A stretch of DNA of 64,000 bases from Spirochaetota bacterium. Lineage in GTDB: Bacteria > Spirochaetota > UBA4802 > UBA5550. The stretch lies in the NCBI GenBank assembly GCA_963663865.1, contig OY760686.1, positions 2,400,001-2,464,000 on the forward strand. Direction: 5' to 3'. The notes beneath the pieces were generated by a model. It was not told the origin of the DNA. It saw only the letters and a program-made list of their open reading frames with translations, and made no database searches. The position numbers and the translations under genes are program-made. The first letter of the stretch is position 1, and every line of letters starts with the position of its first letter. Below are positions 20,178 through 30,962 of the stretch, piece by piece.

Positions 20178-20210
20178 GCCTCAGACAGAGAGACAGATAC
20201 TGTCTGAGGC
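20178..20210 (+). terminator. Hairpin after MCP
   Basis: GCCTCAGACAG / CTGTCTGAGGC, 11-bp stem; no clear U-tract. Confidence 0.5.
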
Positions 20211-20278
20211 GCATCAATCCTATCAATGTATATGTAAATATATCAATCTTAAAGACTTAGTAAGGCTATAATTATCCA

Positions 20279-20317
20279 CTTAATCTGGAGAAAGGATTTG
20301 ACTCCCCCCAGATTAAG
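20279..20317 (-). terminator. Hairpin after GH78 gene
   Basis: CTTAATCTGG / CCAGATTAAG inverted repeat. Confidence 0.45.
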
Positions 20318-20340
20318 CCTCAAACAACTACACAGTACAG

Positions 20341-23300
20341 CTATTCAACTTCACTAACAAACTCGTAATTGCCCGATTCCAGCTCAATAACAACACATCC
20401 ATTTTCAAACCCTTTCACAGCAAGGCCTTCAGTTTTTGAAAGTGATCTGCCGCTTTCCTTAACATCATCCTGAGACAGAGCAGGCAGGTACAACGTCGCC
20501 GAAGTATTAGCCGGAACAGACACATTGTATTTAAAGTCAGTGCCATCAAGCTCCCATGCTGACTCAATAGTACCATACATGGAGTCATAATGACCTTTCG
20601 CGTATGTCATATCACCCCCGAATTTGGGCTGCAATATGAAATGCTTGAAACCGGGACTGTCCTCATCACGCCGAATTCCGAGAGAATAATTATACATCCA
20701 TGCCCCTATAGCACCCAGAGAATAGTGATTAAAGGAATTCATTCCATTATTTCCTCCGAAGCCGTCCTCAACTGTATAGGAGTTCCATCTTTCCCAAATT
20801 GAGGTCGCACCATTTATTACGGGATAGAGCCATGAAGGATAATCCGTTGATTCAAGAAGCCTGTAGGCAGTATCGTCATATCCATAAGCGCTCAAGGCCG
20901 GACATAGAGGCCCTGTCCCTATAAAACCCGTTGTAACAATATAGCCAATATCCTCGCTCACTTCTGCAAGTCTTCCTGCCGCAGCTGTTGCATGCTCGTC
21001 ACTGAACATCCCATATGATAATGGCAGTGAATATGAAGCCTGAGTATCCTGCACGGTTCCGTCATATGCCCGCGTAATATGCGCATCCGTTACGTACAGC
21101 TCATTCCACTCTGACTTAATATTATTAAAAAGAGCAGCGTATATTTCCGCATCAGACGACTCACCCATTGCACCGGCCATTTTAGACATGCAGTTTACCA
21201 TAAAACCATATATGGCCTCTCCCAGCATCTCAGTATCAGTCGATACATAGGAGAGATGGTCTCCAAGCATTCCAGTCTGGCCTGTCATATACTCTGTGCC
21301 CGGTTTCACATTTGCTCCGAGATAATCAATAAATGTTTTCATTGAGCTGTAATGGCTCCTGATCAGCTGAATATCATTATACTGCTGGTAGAGCTCCCAC
21401 GGGATAATCACTCCGGCAGCAGACCATGCCAGACCAAGTGAAAATGATGATCCATAACTCGGTGCATATGATGGATACATATTATTCTGATCATCCCTCA
21501 GGATTCTAATATAATGCCTGAAAAACTGGTCAACATTGGCATTAAAAGTAGCAGTTCGGGCAAAAACCTGCGCGTCACCTGACCAGCCCATCCTCTCATC
21601 CCGCTGAGGACAGTCAGTAGGAATACTCAGAAAATTTCCCTTCTGTGAGCGCAGAATATTTCTGTAAAGCTGGTTAACATCGGGATTTGAGCACTCATAG
21701 TTTCCAGTTAGGCTGTCGACAGAGCTTAATACTATACCCTGCACATCCGATACAGGCAGAGGAGAATCTATTCCGGTTATTTCCAAATACCTGTAACCAT
21801 GGAAGGTAAACCTCGGGTTATAGGTTTCCCCAGACAAACCTCCTTTCATTATGTACGTATCAGTCGAAAGGGCCGCCCTCAAATTTTCAGTGAGTATCAT
21901 CCCCACCATGCTCTCACCGTTCATGTCCTGATACTCAGAAAGGTCAGGATACGTTATCTCAGCCGTTCTGAACACAACTTTTGTGCCCGCGTCACCCTGG
22001 AGTGTAACCCTTGGGACTCCTACCATATTCACGCCCATGTCATAGACGTATACACCGGGTCTTGGTTCAGTATATGACCTGGCGCTTATAACCTCAATTT
22101 CCTTTACCGCGTTTCCTATCTGTGATACAATTTCAGGATCAGCTGTCGACCCAACAAGAACAGACTCCCCCCACGCACTGTCATCAAAACCCGCTTCTGA
22201 CCAGCCGCTTATCGCGGCCTCTTTTCTCGCATCGTAGTTCTCTCCGCTAAAAAGTGAAGCATATGTAACGGGGCCGTCTCCATAATACTTCCAGTCCCCT
22301 TCCTTTGAAACAATGATATCAGAAGCTCCACTCTCATAGTTGATGAGAAGTTTAATCTTAACTGACTGTCTCGCTCCGAAATAGTTATAGTTAGTGAGAG
22401 TATATGTCATCTGATCGCTGAACCAGCCGGAAGACAGAACAGCACCAACTGCATTTTCACCACTTACAATCAAATCAGTTAAATCGTAGGTCTGATAGGT
22501 TATGTGCCTGTTAAAGTCGTCACTACCGGGAGCTAACCAGTCAGAACCGGCCTTTTCTCCATTTATATACAGCTCATAGATGCCGCGGCTGCAAACATAA
22601 GCTCTGGCGCTCTTTATTCCGCTTCCGGCTGTAAAGCCCTTTCTGAGCATTGGACACGATGTATGACTCGGATCTTCATAAAACATAACGCCAGAACTGC
22701 CGCCGTCAATGGAAAGTGAGCCATTTGCAACAGATACTGCGCTTCCATCCACATGTGATGAAAAAATCCCATTATATCCGGAATTATACTCCTCTGAAAA
22801 TACTACTGCTTCCGGTTGCCCATACTCCTCAACTCTGAGCCCGCTGAACACCGCCAGCTGAGATGCATCAACAGAGAACCCTATATTGTTAAGCCTCGGG
22901 TAACATGGTACATCCTGTATAGCGTTAAGAGGATTCAATGTCCTTCCGCTGAGCGTTGTTCCTCCCCAGCCAGTTGTTTCCTGACCATCAACAAGTGTAC
23001 CGTCAATATATGCAATAACGCTGTTTCCGGGACATACAAGCCTGAATGTATGAGACTGATTTGCATTCGTGCTGTTAATAACTGAAGAAGGAATATCAAC
23101 ACTCCCAATCGGCAATGATTCATTGACCGCACCGAGGAGAGAATCAGGACCGTATCCAACCCTGTAAATATTGAGCTTTGCGGCATCCGGATCAGTAATA
23201 TCAAGTTCATACTTGATGTAGTTCTCTCCTTCAATACTGTAGTTATTCTTATTTCTGTCAAGAAGCCGTGGATCTGCTGCTCCAAAAACAAAACCGGCCC

Positions 23301-23865
23301 TGGTTGAACCTGCATTGATAACCATGCTATACTGTATTGTAAACACCGGTTTTGATGCAGCATTGAAGACATATTCATCCCCTCCAATCCATTCAGCATC
23401 GCTCCAATTTTCAACTCCGTCAGTACTCATCAAACCTGTTTCGAACCATGAAGTAGAAGACAGCTTTTTGCCGTCGCTGTCTGTAACAGTCACTGTCCAG
23501 TTATATTTGGATGATGGTTTGAGACCCAGCCCCGAATAAGGAATCCCAAGCGAAATATCGCCCGAAACAACACCGCTGTTCCATATCTCCTCACCACCGT
23601 CTTCAACGACTACAATCTGGTAGTCAGTCTGACTGTATCCTCTCTGCCCGGCAGGTGCGGCAATCTGCCAGCTGAAAAGTGGACTATTGGAATCAACACC
23701 AAGCGGTATTTCCGTATAATCGACCATCATTTTCTCAACTGAGCCTGTCTTTCTGCTCTTTGAATCAGAACTGCACCCGACCACAACAAGCAACATCAAC
23801 ACTGCCATAGTCGAAAAAGCGGGCATCAACTTTCTTATAAACATCTTAAACTGCAGTAACATCAT
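20341..23865 (-). CDS. Alpha-L-rhamnosidase, GH78, predicted lipoprotein
   Basis: IPTDCPQRDERMGWSGD, FTFHGYRY, GATSIWERWN, MNSFNHYSLG; lipobox VVG-C; start moved to ATG 23865 after AGGAGG. Confidence 0.92.
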   Translation of the reverse strand: MMLLQFKMFIRKLMPAFSTMAVLMLLVVVGCSSDSKSRKTGSVEKMMVDYTEIPLGVDSNSPLFSWQIAAPAGQRGYSQTDYQIVVVEDGGEEIWNSGVVSGDISLGIPYSGLGLKPSSKYNWTVTVTDSDGKKLSSTSWFETGLMSTDGVENWSDAEWIGGDEYVFNAASKPVFTIQYSMVINAGSTRAGFVFGAADPRLLDRNKNNYSIEGENYIKYELDITDPDAAKLNIYRVGYGPDSLLGAVNESLPIGSVDIPSSVINSTNANQSHTFRLVCPGNSVIAYIDGTLVDGQETTGWGGTTLSGRTLNPLNAIQDVPCYPRLNNIGFSVDASQLAVFSGLRVEEYGQPEAVVFSEEYNSGYNGIFSSHVDGSAVSVANGSLSIDGGSSGVMFYEDPSHTSCPMLRKGFTAGSGIKSARAYVCSRGIYELYINGEKAGSDWLAPGSDDFNRHITYQTYDLTDLIVSGENAVGAVLSSGWFSDQMTYTLTNYNYFGARQSVKIKLLINYESGASDIIVSKEGDWKYYGDGPVTYASLFSGENYDARKEAAISGWSEAGFDDSAWGESVLVGSTADPEIVSQIGNAVKEIEVISARSYTEPRPGVYVYDMGVNMVGVPRVTLQGDAGTKVVFRTAEITYPDLSEYQDMNGESMVGMILTENLRAALSTDTYIMKGGLSGETYNPRFTFHGYRYLEITGIDSPLPVSDVQGIVLSSVDSLTGNYECSNPDVNQLYRNILRSQKGNFLSIPTDCPQRDERMGWSGDAQVFARTATFNANVDQFFRHYIRILRDDQNNMYPSYAPSYGSSFSLGLAWSAAGVIIPWELYQQYNDIQLIRSHYSSMKTFIDYLGANVKPGTEYMTGQTGMLGDHLSYVSTDTEMLGEAIYGFMVNCMSKMAGAMGESSDAEIYAALFNNIKSEWNELYVTDAHITRAYDGTVQDTQASYSLPLSYGMFSDEHATAAAGRLAEVSEDIGYIVTTGFIGTGPLCPALSAYGYDDTAYRLLESTDYPSWLYPVINGATSIWERWNSYTVEDGFGGNNGMNSFNHYSLGAIGAWMYNYSLGIRRDEDSPGFKHFILQPKFGGDMTYAKGHYDSMYGTIESAWELDGTDFKYNVSVPANTSATLYLPALSQDDVKESGRSLSKTEGLAVKGFENGCVVIELESGNYEFVSEVE

Positions 23866-24106
23866 AAACTCCTCCTTGTTTTTTTTGAGGAGAAGCCTAA
23901 CACAGGTCATTCAGGTAATGCTATCCATTCAAAGATAAACTGAATTCGGGAGCCTTTCATTTCAAGACTTCTACAGATAAGACATATTAATAGCCTTGGA
24001 GAAAGGAATATCGTTGATTTTTAAATAAACTCGGGTAATATTATCAATAATGACTTTGTTTATTCAACTTCAACATTCGTAGATTACTTATTTCCCGGGT
24101 AATATA

Positions 24107-25279
24107 ATGGCACATAGGATTCTTTTAATCTCAATACTGTCACTACTCTCATTGTCAGCTGTAATGCTTATCAATGTGCTTAATAAAACTAATGATAATG
24201 TCGATCAAACCAATCCTCAAAAACCATTGATTTACTATATTAACTTTTTTAAATCCAATAGCTCTCTGATAGAGAAATCTAAATCCCCTGAAAAATTAAA
24301 CTTCAGAAAATTTTTTTCATACTTTAAAACATTCAAAGAATTCACAATATCAGCAGCTAAAGACCTGGGATACGATATAGAGTTTATAAACATTAACCCT
24401 GATAGGATGGACGATGAGCTTAATGACTACCTCACCTTGAGAAAACCTGAAGGCATAATATTCGGCGGGATTTTTTACAACTCTGCATCTATACTTGAAT
24501 ATCTTGAAAAACGTAGAATTCCTTCAATAGTTCTGAACGGACCTCCCCATGGCTATTCCGGCCATCCCCGGGAAAAATACAAGTACTGGATAGCAGCTAT
24601 TAATCCTGATGAATACAGCGCAGGATATGAACTAGGCAAATTGCTGATCAGGCGGGCAAATAAAATAATATCGAACAGAGAAAAAGATATTCATATTTTA
24701 GCCTTTATGTCTGACTATAAACCACTTGAACAGCGACTGACCGGTCTTGTTGCTGCAGTTTCTGAATCACAAGATGCAGTCATAGACCAGGTTGTAGACC
24801 TATCTTTCCCATCACACGAAGATGTTAAGAGTAAATTTATCTACATGAAAAAATACAGATACCCGGGTGTTAACATCGTCTGGTGCTTCTCCGATACCAC
24901 AGCGCTTGCTGTCCTTGATGGCGCCAGAGAACTGGGACTGACACCAGGCAAAGACATTCTGATTGGAGGAATTGACTGGATTGAAGATGCAACAATCGAA
25001 ATTAGAAATGGGACAATTGAAGCCAGTATGGGAGGGCAGTTGGCCATCGGAGCCTGGGCTGTAATTTTAATCCATGACTACACCCATAAAAAAGATTTTT
25101 TTAGTGAACAAACTGAATTCAAAATAAAGATGTACGCTGCCGAAAAATCGAATATTGACAGTTTTTGTGTTATAAAGAACAAAAACTGGAGTAAAATCAA
25201 CTTTAAAAAATTTTCAAAAGTACTCAACCCTGAATTGGTGAAATATAATTTTGATATTCTTGCAATAACTTGTGAATAG
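24107..25279 (+). CDS. Periplasmic-binding-protein type 1 (sugar-binding-like) with N-terminal anchor
   Basis: YKYWIAAINPDEYSAGYELG, VWCFSDTTALAV, GKDILIGGIDW, SMGGQ; AT-rich. Confidence 0.8.
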   Translation: MAHRILLISILSLLSLSAVMLINVLNKTNDNVDQTNPQKPLIYYINFFKSNSSLIEKSKSPEKLNFRKFFSYFKTFKEFTISAAKDLGYDIEFININPDRMDDELNDYLTLRKPEGIIFGGIFYNSASILEYLEKRRIPSIVLNGPPHGYSGHPREKYKYWIAAINPDEYSAGYELGKLLIRRANKIISNREKDIHILAFMSDYKPLEQRLTGLVAAVSESQDAVIDQVVDLSFPSHEDVKSKFIYMKKYRYPGVNIVWCFSDTTALAVLDGARELGLTPGKDILIGGIDWIEDATIEIRNGTIEASMGGQLAIGAWAVILIHDYTHKKDFFSEQTEFKIKMYAAEKSNIDSFCVIKNKNWSKINFKKFSKVLNPELVKYNFDILAITCE

Positions 25280-25292
25280 AAGTACTGGAACA

Positions 25293-26408
25293 ATGCAAAA
25301 CAATTATATTCAGAAATTCATACTTGTATCTGCCGTCCTTATAATTTCAGGCGCCGCGATTATTATTTACTCATGCAAAAAAAACAATGAAACTGATTTC
25401 GATTCGCTCCGGGAAAGAGCTGAAAAGCTGACAGATGAAATCATTCTCTCAATGGGCAGCAATCCTTTTGACAAACTCGAAATAGATAAGGCATTCTATA
25501 ACAATACTGATATTAGTGAAATAATCATAAGGAATAACAGTGGAGCCATTGTCGCTAAGTATTCAAAGATAATGGACTATCAGAATTTCTGCGACATTGA
25601 AAAAGAGATTAAGAAACATGGCACTCTTGTGGGAAACCTCAGACTGAAGCTTACCGACCACAGCTTTTTTATGGAATGCCAGAAAACAGCCGACCGCATT
25701 GTCACAGCTAATAGCGATAACGTCAGCAACTACAACATGAATGATTTGAAATCTTCAGCAAATGTTTTCTTCAAAGACAAAAATATAAAAAAACTGCATA
25801 TTAAAGATATCTATGCCAATACGTTTATCGATCTTAACAGAGAAGCAGAGCCTGTGCAAGGTTCTATTGACATAAGGAGAGCTTTTTATCACAATGGATT
25901 TAGGACTGCCGAACTTCTTGTATCATTCTCAGATATCTCTGAAACTGAATCTGGCAAGTCTGGTAGTTCTATTTTAATCATAGTTATCTTCATGCTGCTT
26001 ATAATCGGAGCAATTATTGTTTTTTTAAATTATCGGACCTTTAAAGACACAAAACCATATCTTACCGAAAAGAGTAAAATAATATCTGCCGATTCAAAAG
26101 AAAAAATCGAATCTGCGATTGAATATATCAAACACAATTACAACAGAAGCATCAGTCGGGAGGGACTTGCCTGCATGGTTTCAATCAATCCTGATTACCT
26201 GGGCAAACTCTTCAAACAGTATACCGGCCTGCGGCTCAACGACTACATCAACAAGCTCAGAATTGAAAACGCGGCTGTTCTATTGAAATCGACCGGAAAA
26301 ACTATAACAGAGATTGCCTTTGAGGTCGGCTTTGACAGTATGAGTACTTTTTACAGGATTTTTTCTGCATTAGAAAAAACTACTCCTAAAGACTTCAGGG
26401 AAAAATAA
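25293..26408 (+). CDS. Transmembrane AraC-family regulator with two periplasmic sensor repeats
   Basis: Two hydrophobic segments; C-terminal AraC HTH (INPDYLGKLFKQYTG, LRIENA, ITEIAFEVGFDSMSTFYRIF); alternative start GTG 25272. Confidence 0.85.
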   Translation: MQNNYIQKFILVSAVLIISGAAIIIYSCKKNNETDFDSLRERAEKLTDEIILSMGSNPFDKLEIDKAFYNNTDISEIIIRNNSGAIVAKYSKIMDYQNFCDIEKEIKKHGTLVGNLRLKLTDHSFFMECQKTADRIVTANSDNVSNYNMNDLKSSANVFFKDKNIKKLHIKDIYANTFIDLNREAEPVQGSIDIRRAFYHNGFRTAELLVSFSDISETESGKSGSSILIIVIFMLLIIGAIIVFLNYRTFKDTKPYLTEKSKIISADSKEKIESAIEYIKHNYNRSISREGLACMVSINPDYLGKLFKQYTGLRLNDYINKLRIENAAVLLKSTGKTITEIAFEVGFDSMSTFYRIFSALEKTTPKDFREK

Positions 26409-26559
26409 GATGATTTAATGAAAGAACATAGTACACCTTTGATTAACAGACCGCTGGAAAAGCAGGAGACAATTCGTACTTGTTCCATATTAAAACCATT
26501 TACATGCATCCTGTAAACACACATAATATATGCGAGATTAATGAATGATCCTTCATTAA

Positions 26560-28152
26560 TTATCTGTCAAATTTTTCATTCAATTTAAAATTATTAATCA
26601 ATGACATAAGTTCCTGTGATAGGTTATGCATTTCTCTGCTTGCATAGGCCGTGTTTTCGGCCAGTAGTGAATTCTGCTGTGTCATTGAATCCATGCCGTT
26701 AATCAAGATGTTTATCTGGTTAATCCCTTCCTTTTCCTCGAAGCTTGCGGCAGAAATTTCGGAAATAAGGTCCGACACGTTACTGATAGCCGATACTATT
26801 TCGATAAGAGAATCACTGCTTTTGCTGGCAAGCGTCACTCCCTTTTCGACTTTATGCAAAGAGTCATTAATCAGTGTTTCTATCTCTTTCGATGCGTTTT
26901 TTGAACTTTGTGCCAGAGTCCTGACTTCTCTCGCAACGATAGCAAATCCCCTTCCGTGTTCCCCGGCTCTTGCAGCCTCAATTGCAGCATTAAGTGCAAG
27001 AAGATTTGTTTGAAAAGTTATTTCGTTGATAACGCCGACAATCTCAGCAATTTTTTTGCTTGAATCCTTTATTTCTATGATGGCGTCAACTGCCTCTTCA
27101 ACAATTCTTCGTCCTTCATTTGCAATATTCGAAGTTTTCAAAGATACTTCTTTTGCCGTTTGGGCATTGTTTGCTGTTTCAGAAATTGTCCTGGCTGTCT
27201 GTTCGATTGTAGATGCAATTTCTTCCAGGTAGGCAGCCTCTTCCGACGAGCGTTTTGAAAGGTCTCTTGTCCCGTCCGAAATACTTTCAGTACTTGATGT
27301 TATTTTTCGAGCTGTTAAAAAGGATTGAACAACAAGATCGTGAATTTCCGTTACAAATCCGTTAAAGTAGCCGGCCATTTCTCCAATTTCGTCATTCGAT
27401 TTTGATTCCATATGCGCGGTGAGGTCGCCCTTCGCACCCCTGAGCAGAAGGATTAATGCGTTAATCGGCCTGAGTATTTTTCTTTTAAGAATCTTTCCGA
27501 AAATGATATTTATTATAACAATTATTAAGACAGAAGATGCAAGAAGGATGGAAATCAGTTTTTCGGTTTGGGCTATTTCATTTTTTACGATGTTGATTGT
27601 TGTTTTTTTTGAATATATAGAGTTGGAAATAAAGCCTTTAAGTTTTTTCAAGCTGTGATCAACATGAAGGTTAAAATGACGTATCGCCTTACCCTGATCC
27701 CCGTTTCTATACAGGTTAATACACCTGACTATATTGGTCCTTATTTCCAGTATGACCGGTTCATTTTCGGTAGCGAACGAGATATCCTCAGCAATGCTGT
27801 ATTTTTCGGCTGTATTCTTGTATTCTTCAAAAACGGAAAAAATATTCTCATTTCTGGCAAAAAGCTCGGATATTAAATCGTTTTTTCTGTTGTAAATAAT
27901 GTTCAGAATTTCCGCTCCTGATTCACTCAACAGACTGTTGAGCTGCAGGGATGCCTGGTTCTGATCATTATATTTATTCAGAAGGTTATTCTTTTTATCC
28001 AGGATGCCGTAGAAAACGAGCATTGCAGCAATCAGCACAAAAATGTAAAAAATATTGATTACGTAGATAGTAGTTATTTTCCTGTCTATTACCCTTCTGG
28101 CTTTGTTTGCCTTCTCCGCTTTTTCTTTATTTTTCTTCTTTTTCTTTTTCAT
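26560..28152 (-). CDS. Methyl-accepting chemotaxis protein with helical periplasmic domain
   Basis: 2 TM; [12 protein letters not shown]; [32 protein letters not shown]. Confidence 0.92.
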   Translation of the reverse strand: MKKKKKKNKEKAEKANKARRVIDRKITTIYVINIFYIFVLIAAMLVFYGILDKKNNLLNKYNDQNQASLQLNSLLSESGAEILNIIYNRKNDLISELFARNENIFSVFEEYKNTAEKYSIAEDISFATENEPVILEIRTNIVRCINLYRNGDQGKAIRHFNLHVDHSLKKLKGFISNSIYSKKTTINIVKNEIAQTEKLISILLASSVLIIVIINIIFGKILKRKILRPINALILLLRGAKGDLTAHMESKSNDEIGEMAGYFNGFVTEIHDLVVQSFLTARKITSSTESISDGTRDLSKRSSEEAAYLEEIASTIEQTARTISETANNAQTAKEVSLKTSNIANEGRRIVEEAVDAIIEIKDSSKKIAEIVGVINEITFQTNLLALNAAIEAARAGEHGRGFAIVAREVRTLAQSSKNASKEIETLINDSLHKVEKGVTLASKSSDSLIEIVSAISNVSDLISEISAASFEEKEGINQINILINGMDSMTQQNSLLAENTAYASREMHNLSQELMSLINNFKLNEKFDR

Positions 28153-28187
28153 AAATCAACCACACCGGAACAGATGCAAAAATACTA

Positions 28188-28226
28188 AGTCATTCCTGCC
28201 CCCGGAGGACTGAGACAGGAATGACT
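28188..28226. other. Intergenic stem-loop between NHL gene and MCP
   Basis: AGTCATTCCTG / CAGGAATGACT inverted repeat. Confidence 0.45.
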
Positions 28227-28242
28227 CCAGGACTGCCGAAGA

Positions 28243-29181
28243 CTACTTTGCAGGTTTGAATTTCTGGATCCTGTTGTTGGCGCTGTCAGCCACGTAAAGA
28301 TTGCCCTGACCGTCGGCTATTATGCCGTGAAGGTTTCCGAATTCTCCCTGTCCGGTCCCTGCCTTTCCCCACATCGTGATAAATTTTCCGTCTTTGTCGA
28401 ATTTCTGAATTCTGTTATTTCCAATTTCGCTGATAAAAATATTGTTATCCTTGTCGATTGCGACACCTGCCGGTTTTCTGAATTCACCATGCATATTTCC
28501 CGATTTACCGAATGTTTTAAGGAATTTGCCCTGAAGATCATATATATTCACCCGGTCATTGCCAAGGTCAGCCACCACTATCTGATTGAGTGAATTAGCT
28601 TTAGCAGCTTCCGGTCTCCTGAGACCTCCGCCGTCAGAGCCCTTGTCACCAAAAAGAAATTTAAACTCTCCGTTCAGGTCGAACACATCCACCCTGTTGT
28701 TGCCGGCCTCGGCCATATAAAGAAGGTCATTTGAGGCTATAGACATGAACTCTGATTCCATATTCTGACCCGGTCCGGTGCCGTATTCACTGAATGTTTT
28801 AACCCACTTGTAATCCTTATCAAATATTTTGATAAACCCGGTCACGTAGTCCGCAACATATATTCTGCCCTTCTTATCAACTGCAATTCCTTCCGGTTTA
28901 GCCAGCTCATCATTGTCCTTACCATTGCCTTTTTTCCCGAATTTGGTTATAAATTTTCCGTCTTTGGAGAAAACCTGGACATTGGCATTCAGAGCATCCG
29001 TAGCAAGCAGATATCCATTTTTATCAAAGGCAAAGTCTTCTACATACTGGAACTGTCCGTCACCCGTACCCTTGGTCCCCCACATTCTATCAAACTCATA
29101 AGAGCTTTTTTTAGTACATCCCCCGGCAGCCATTATTATGGATAATAAAATCAAGAGCGGTATTAGACCTGATTTTTTCAT
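28243..29181 (-). CDS. NHL-repeat six-bladed beta-propeller lipoprotein
   Basis: Lipobox AGG-C; six repeats of PxG(I/V)AxD...(Y/V)VAD..NxR(I/V)QxF. Confidence 0.9.
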   Translation of the reverse strand: MKKSGLIPLLILLSIIMAAGGCTKKSSYEFDRMWGTKGTGDGQFQYVEDFAFDKNGYLLATDALNANVQVFSKDGKFITKFGKKGNGKDNDELAKPEGIAVDKKGRIYVADYVTGFIKIFDKDYKWVKTFSEYGTGPGQNMESEFMSIASNDLLYMAEAGNNRVDVFDLNGEFKFLFGDKGSDGGGLRRPEAAKANSLNQIVVADLGNDRVNIYDLQGKFLKTFGKSGNMHGEFRKPAGVAIDKDNNIFISEIGNNRIQKFDKDGKFITMWGKAGTGQGEFGNLHGIIADGQGNLYVADSANNRIQKFKPAK

Positions 29182-29233
29182 AATTTTTCTCCCTGTTATG
29201 TGTTTTAATGTTATAACAAACCAAAAATCATGT

Positions 29234-30439
29234 TTAGAATTTCACCATTGCGTTCAAGCGTACCCTTGTAATGTATTTATCCTTGTCCTCTGCGCCAGGG
29301 ACAAACTTGTTGTATTTATAGTAATAAGCTGTAATGTTTAAAAAAGTATCAGGAAGCACCACGTAATCCAGTTCAAGTGTGTGCTGCTTGTAATTGCTGG
29401 ATATCTCCGTATTGTTGTTTGAAAAGGCGGCAAACACCGCATCGGCATCTGTCTGAGAGTAGCCGTAATGCACACGGAAATCGTTTACTTCCTTCATTCT
29501 GCCGACAAACAGGTCTATCGCGAATCCGGTGTCTTCTTCAGTTTTTTCAACACCGAGAATGTCTGCATACTCATCCGCTCCAAGGTTTAGTACATAATTG
29601 CCGGTCAGCTTGATCGGAAGTCTGCTCCCCAGACCCAAATATTCCACCGACATGTACCCTTCAACCAGGTCGTAATCCGAAACATAGCGGTCATCGTCTC
29701 CATCTCCATCCGTATCTGCCGTCCTGTTGGAAAGAGTATCGCCAGATCCAACATCATTTGAAAATGGATCCGTGGTAATTCCGTAATCATAATATGAACC
29801 GGCAAGAGTAAAGACCAGAGTTTCCGGAATCTTATAGCTCAGTGAAATCTGACCCCCGTTCATGCTGCTGTCAGTATCTTTTGAATCTTCCTCTATGATG
29901 AAATGTATCCCGGAAATTGAAGCGTTCAGTCCTCCCATATCAGGCGTTTTGTACATCGCTGCGGCACCCTGCGGATTAACATCTCCGTCCCATACAAGGT
30001 CAGTTTTGATAAAAAGATTGTTGAACTTTCCTCCGTACAGGGACAGACCCATCAGATTAAAATTGATATAAGCAAGATCGGCGCTGATTTCCAGATCGTT
30101 GTTGAATGACCCCAGAGTGACATCAGTTGAATTAGGATCATCAGCCGAACCGGTAACAACCCGCGCGCCGGTTTTGATCATATCGTTAACGGAGTATTCA
30201 AAGCCGGTCCTGAGACGCAATGCCCCGCGCCTTCTATTCGGCTGTTCGGTCTGATCCGGCGTATTGGCATACTGGCTGTCGTTCAGTTCATAACGGACCC
30301 GAACATCACCGGAAAAATCGAGGCCTGCCTTTTCTCCTTTTGCCAGCCCGGCTTTTGCCGCGCTCTGCTGTGCAGACAAAGAAAAAGGCAAAAAGATCAA
30401 AAGCAGCAAAGTCAGAAAAGCTAATCTTAAAGTCTTCAT
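29234..30439 (-). CDS. Putative porin (outer-membrane beta-barrel)
   Basis: Signal peptide; FSGDVRVRYE, DPNSTDVTLG, LVWDGDVNPQG; C-terminal RLNAMVKF. Confidence 0.8.
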   Translation of the reverse strand: MKTLRLAFLTLLLLIFLPFSLSAQQSAAKAGLAKGEKAGLDFSGDVRVRYELNDSQYANTPDQTEQPNRRRGALRLRTGFEYSVNDMIKTGARVVTGSADDPNSTDVTLGSFNNDLEISADLAYINFNLMGLSLYGGKFNNLFIKTDLVWDGDVNPQGAAAMYKTPDMGGLNASISGIHFIIEEDSKDTDSSMNGGQISLSYKIPETLVFTLAGSYYDYGITTDPFSNDVGSGDTLSNRTADTDGDGDDDRYVSDYDLVEGYMSVEYLGLGSRLPIKLTGNYVLNLGADEYADILGVEKTEEDTGFAIDLFVGRMKEVNDFRVHYGYSQTDADAVFAAFSNNNTEISSNYKQHTLELDYVVLPDTFLNITAYYYKYNKFVPGAEDKDKYITRVRLNAMVKF

Positions 30440-30866
30440 AAAAAACCTCCATGTATTTATTAAATCATTACAAGGAATTTAATAGAATCATGTCTGGATG
30501 CTCATATATGAATGAAATGAACGGTACCAGGAATCGGAAACAGGTATATTCTAACCCGGAAGAACGAAAAAGTCAACATTCCGAAAATAAAAAACGACTA
30601 TTATTGCATTTTGAGAATAAACTTCCCATGTAACAATAAATTATTTTTTTTCATCCTCTTCCACCACATCCTGCTCCGGCTGCATCATTAAAGAGTGTTT
30701 TCTGTTCAGTGAGCAATATTAAATGTAGACTGAATACCAAAGTGTAAAGAATATGAGATGCTTTTTGCTATGAAATAACTATAATGAGAAAAAATACGTT
30801 GACATGTCCTTGCAAAAGTACGAGAGTGGATTCATATAATTTAAATTGGAGATTCGGCATAAGACC

Positions 30867-30962
30867 ATGTTAACTGCTTTGACACTCAACACCCTGATTC
30901 TCACAGTCGTCACACTTGTGGTGGTGGTCGTCAACGCACATACATACAGGCCTGTGCCATAA
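30867..30962 (+). CDS. ilvBN leader peptide, 31 aa (IvbL-like)
   Basis: MLTALTLNTLILTVVTLVVVVVNAHTYRPVP: 8 Val, 6 Leu, 6 Thr, 1 Ile; directly upstream of a terminator and ilvB. Confidence 0.85.
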   Translation: MLTALTLNTLILTVVTLVVVVVNAHTYRPVP

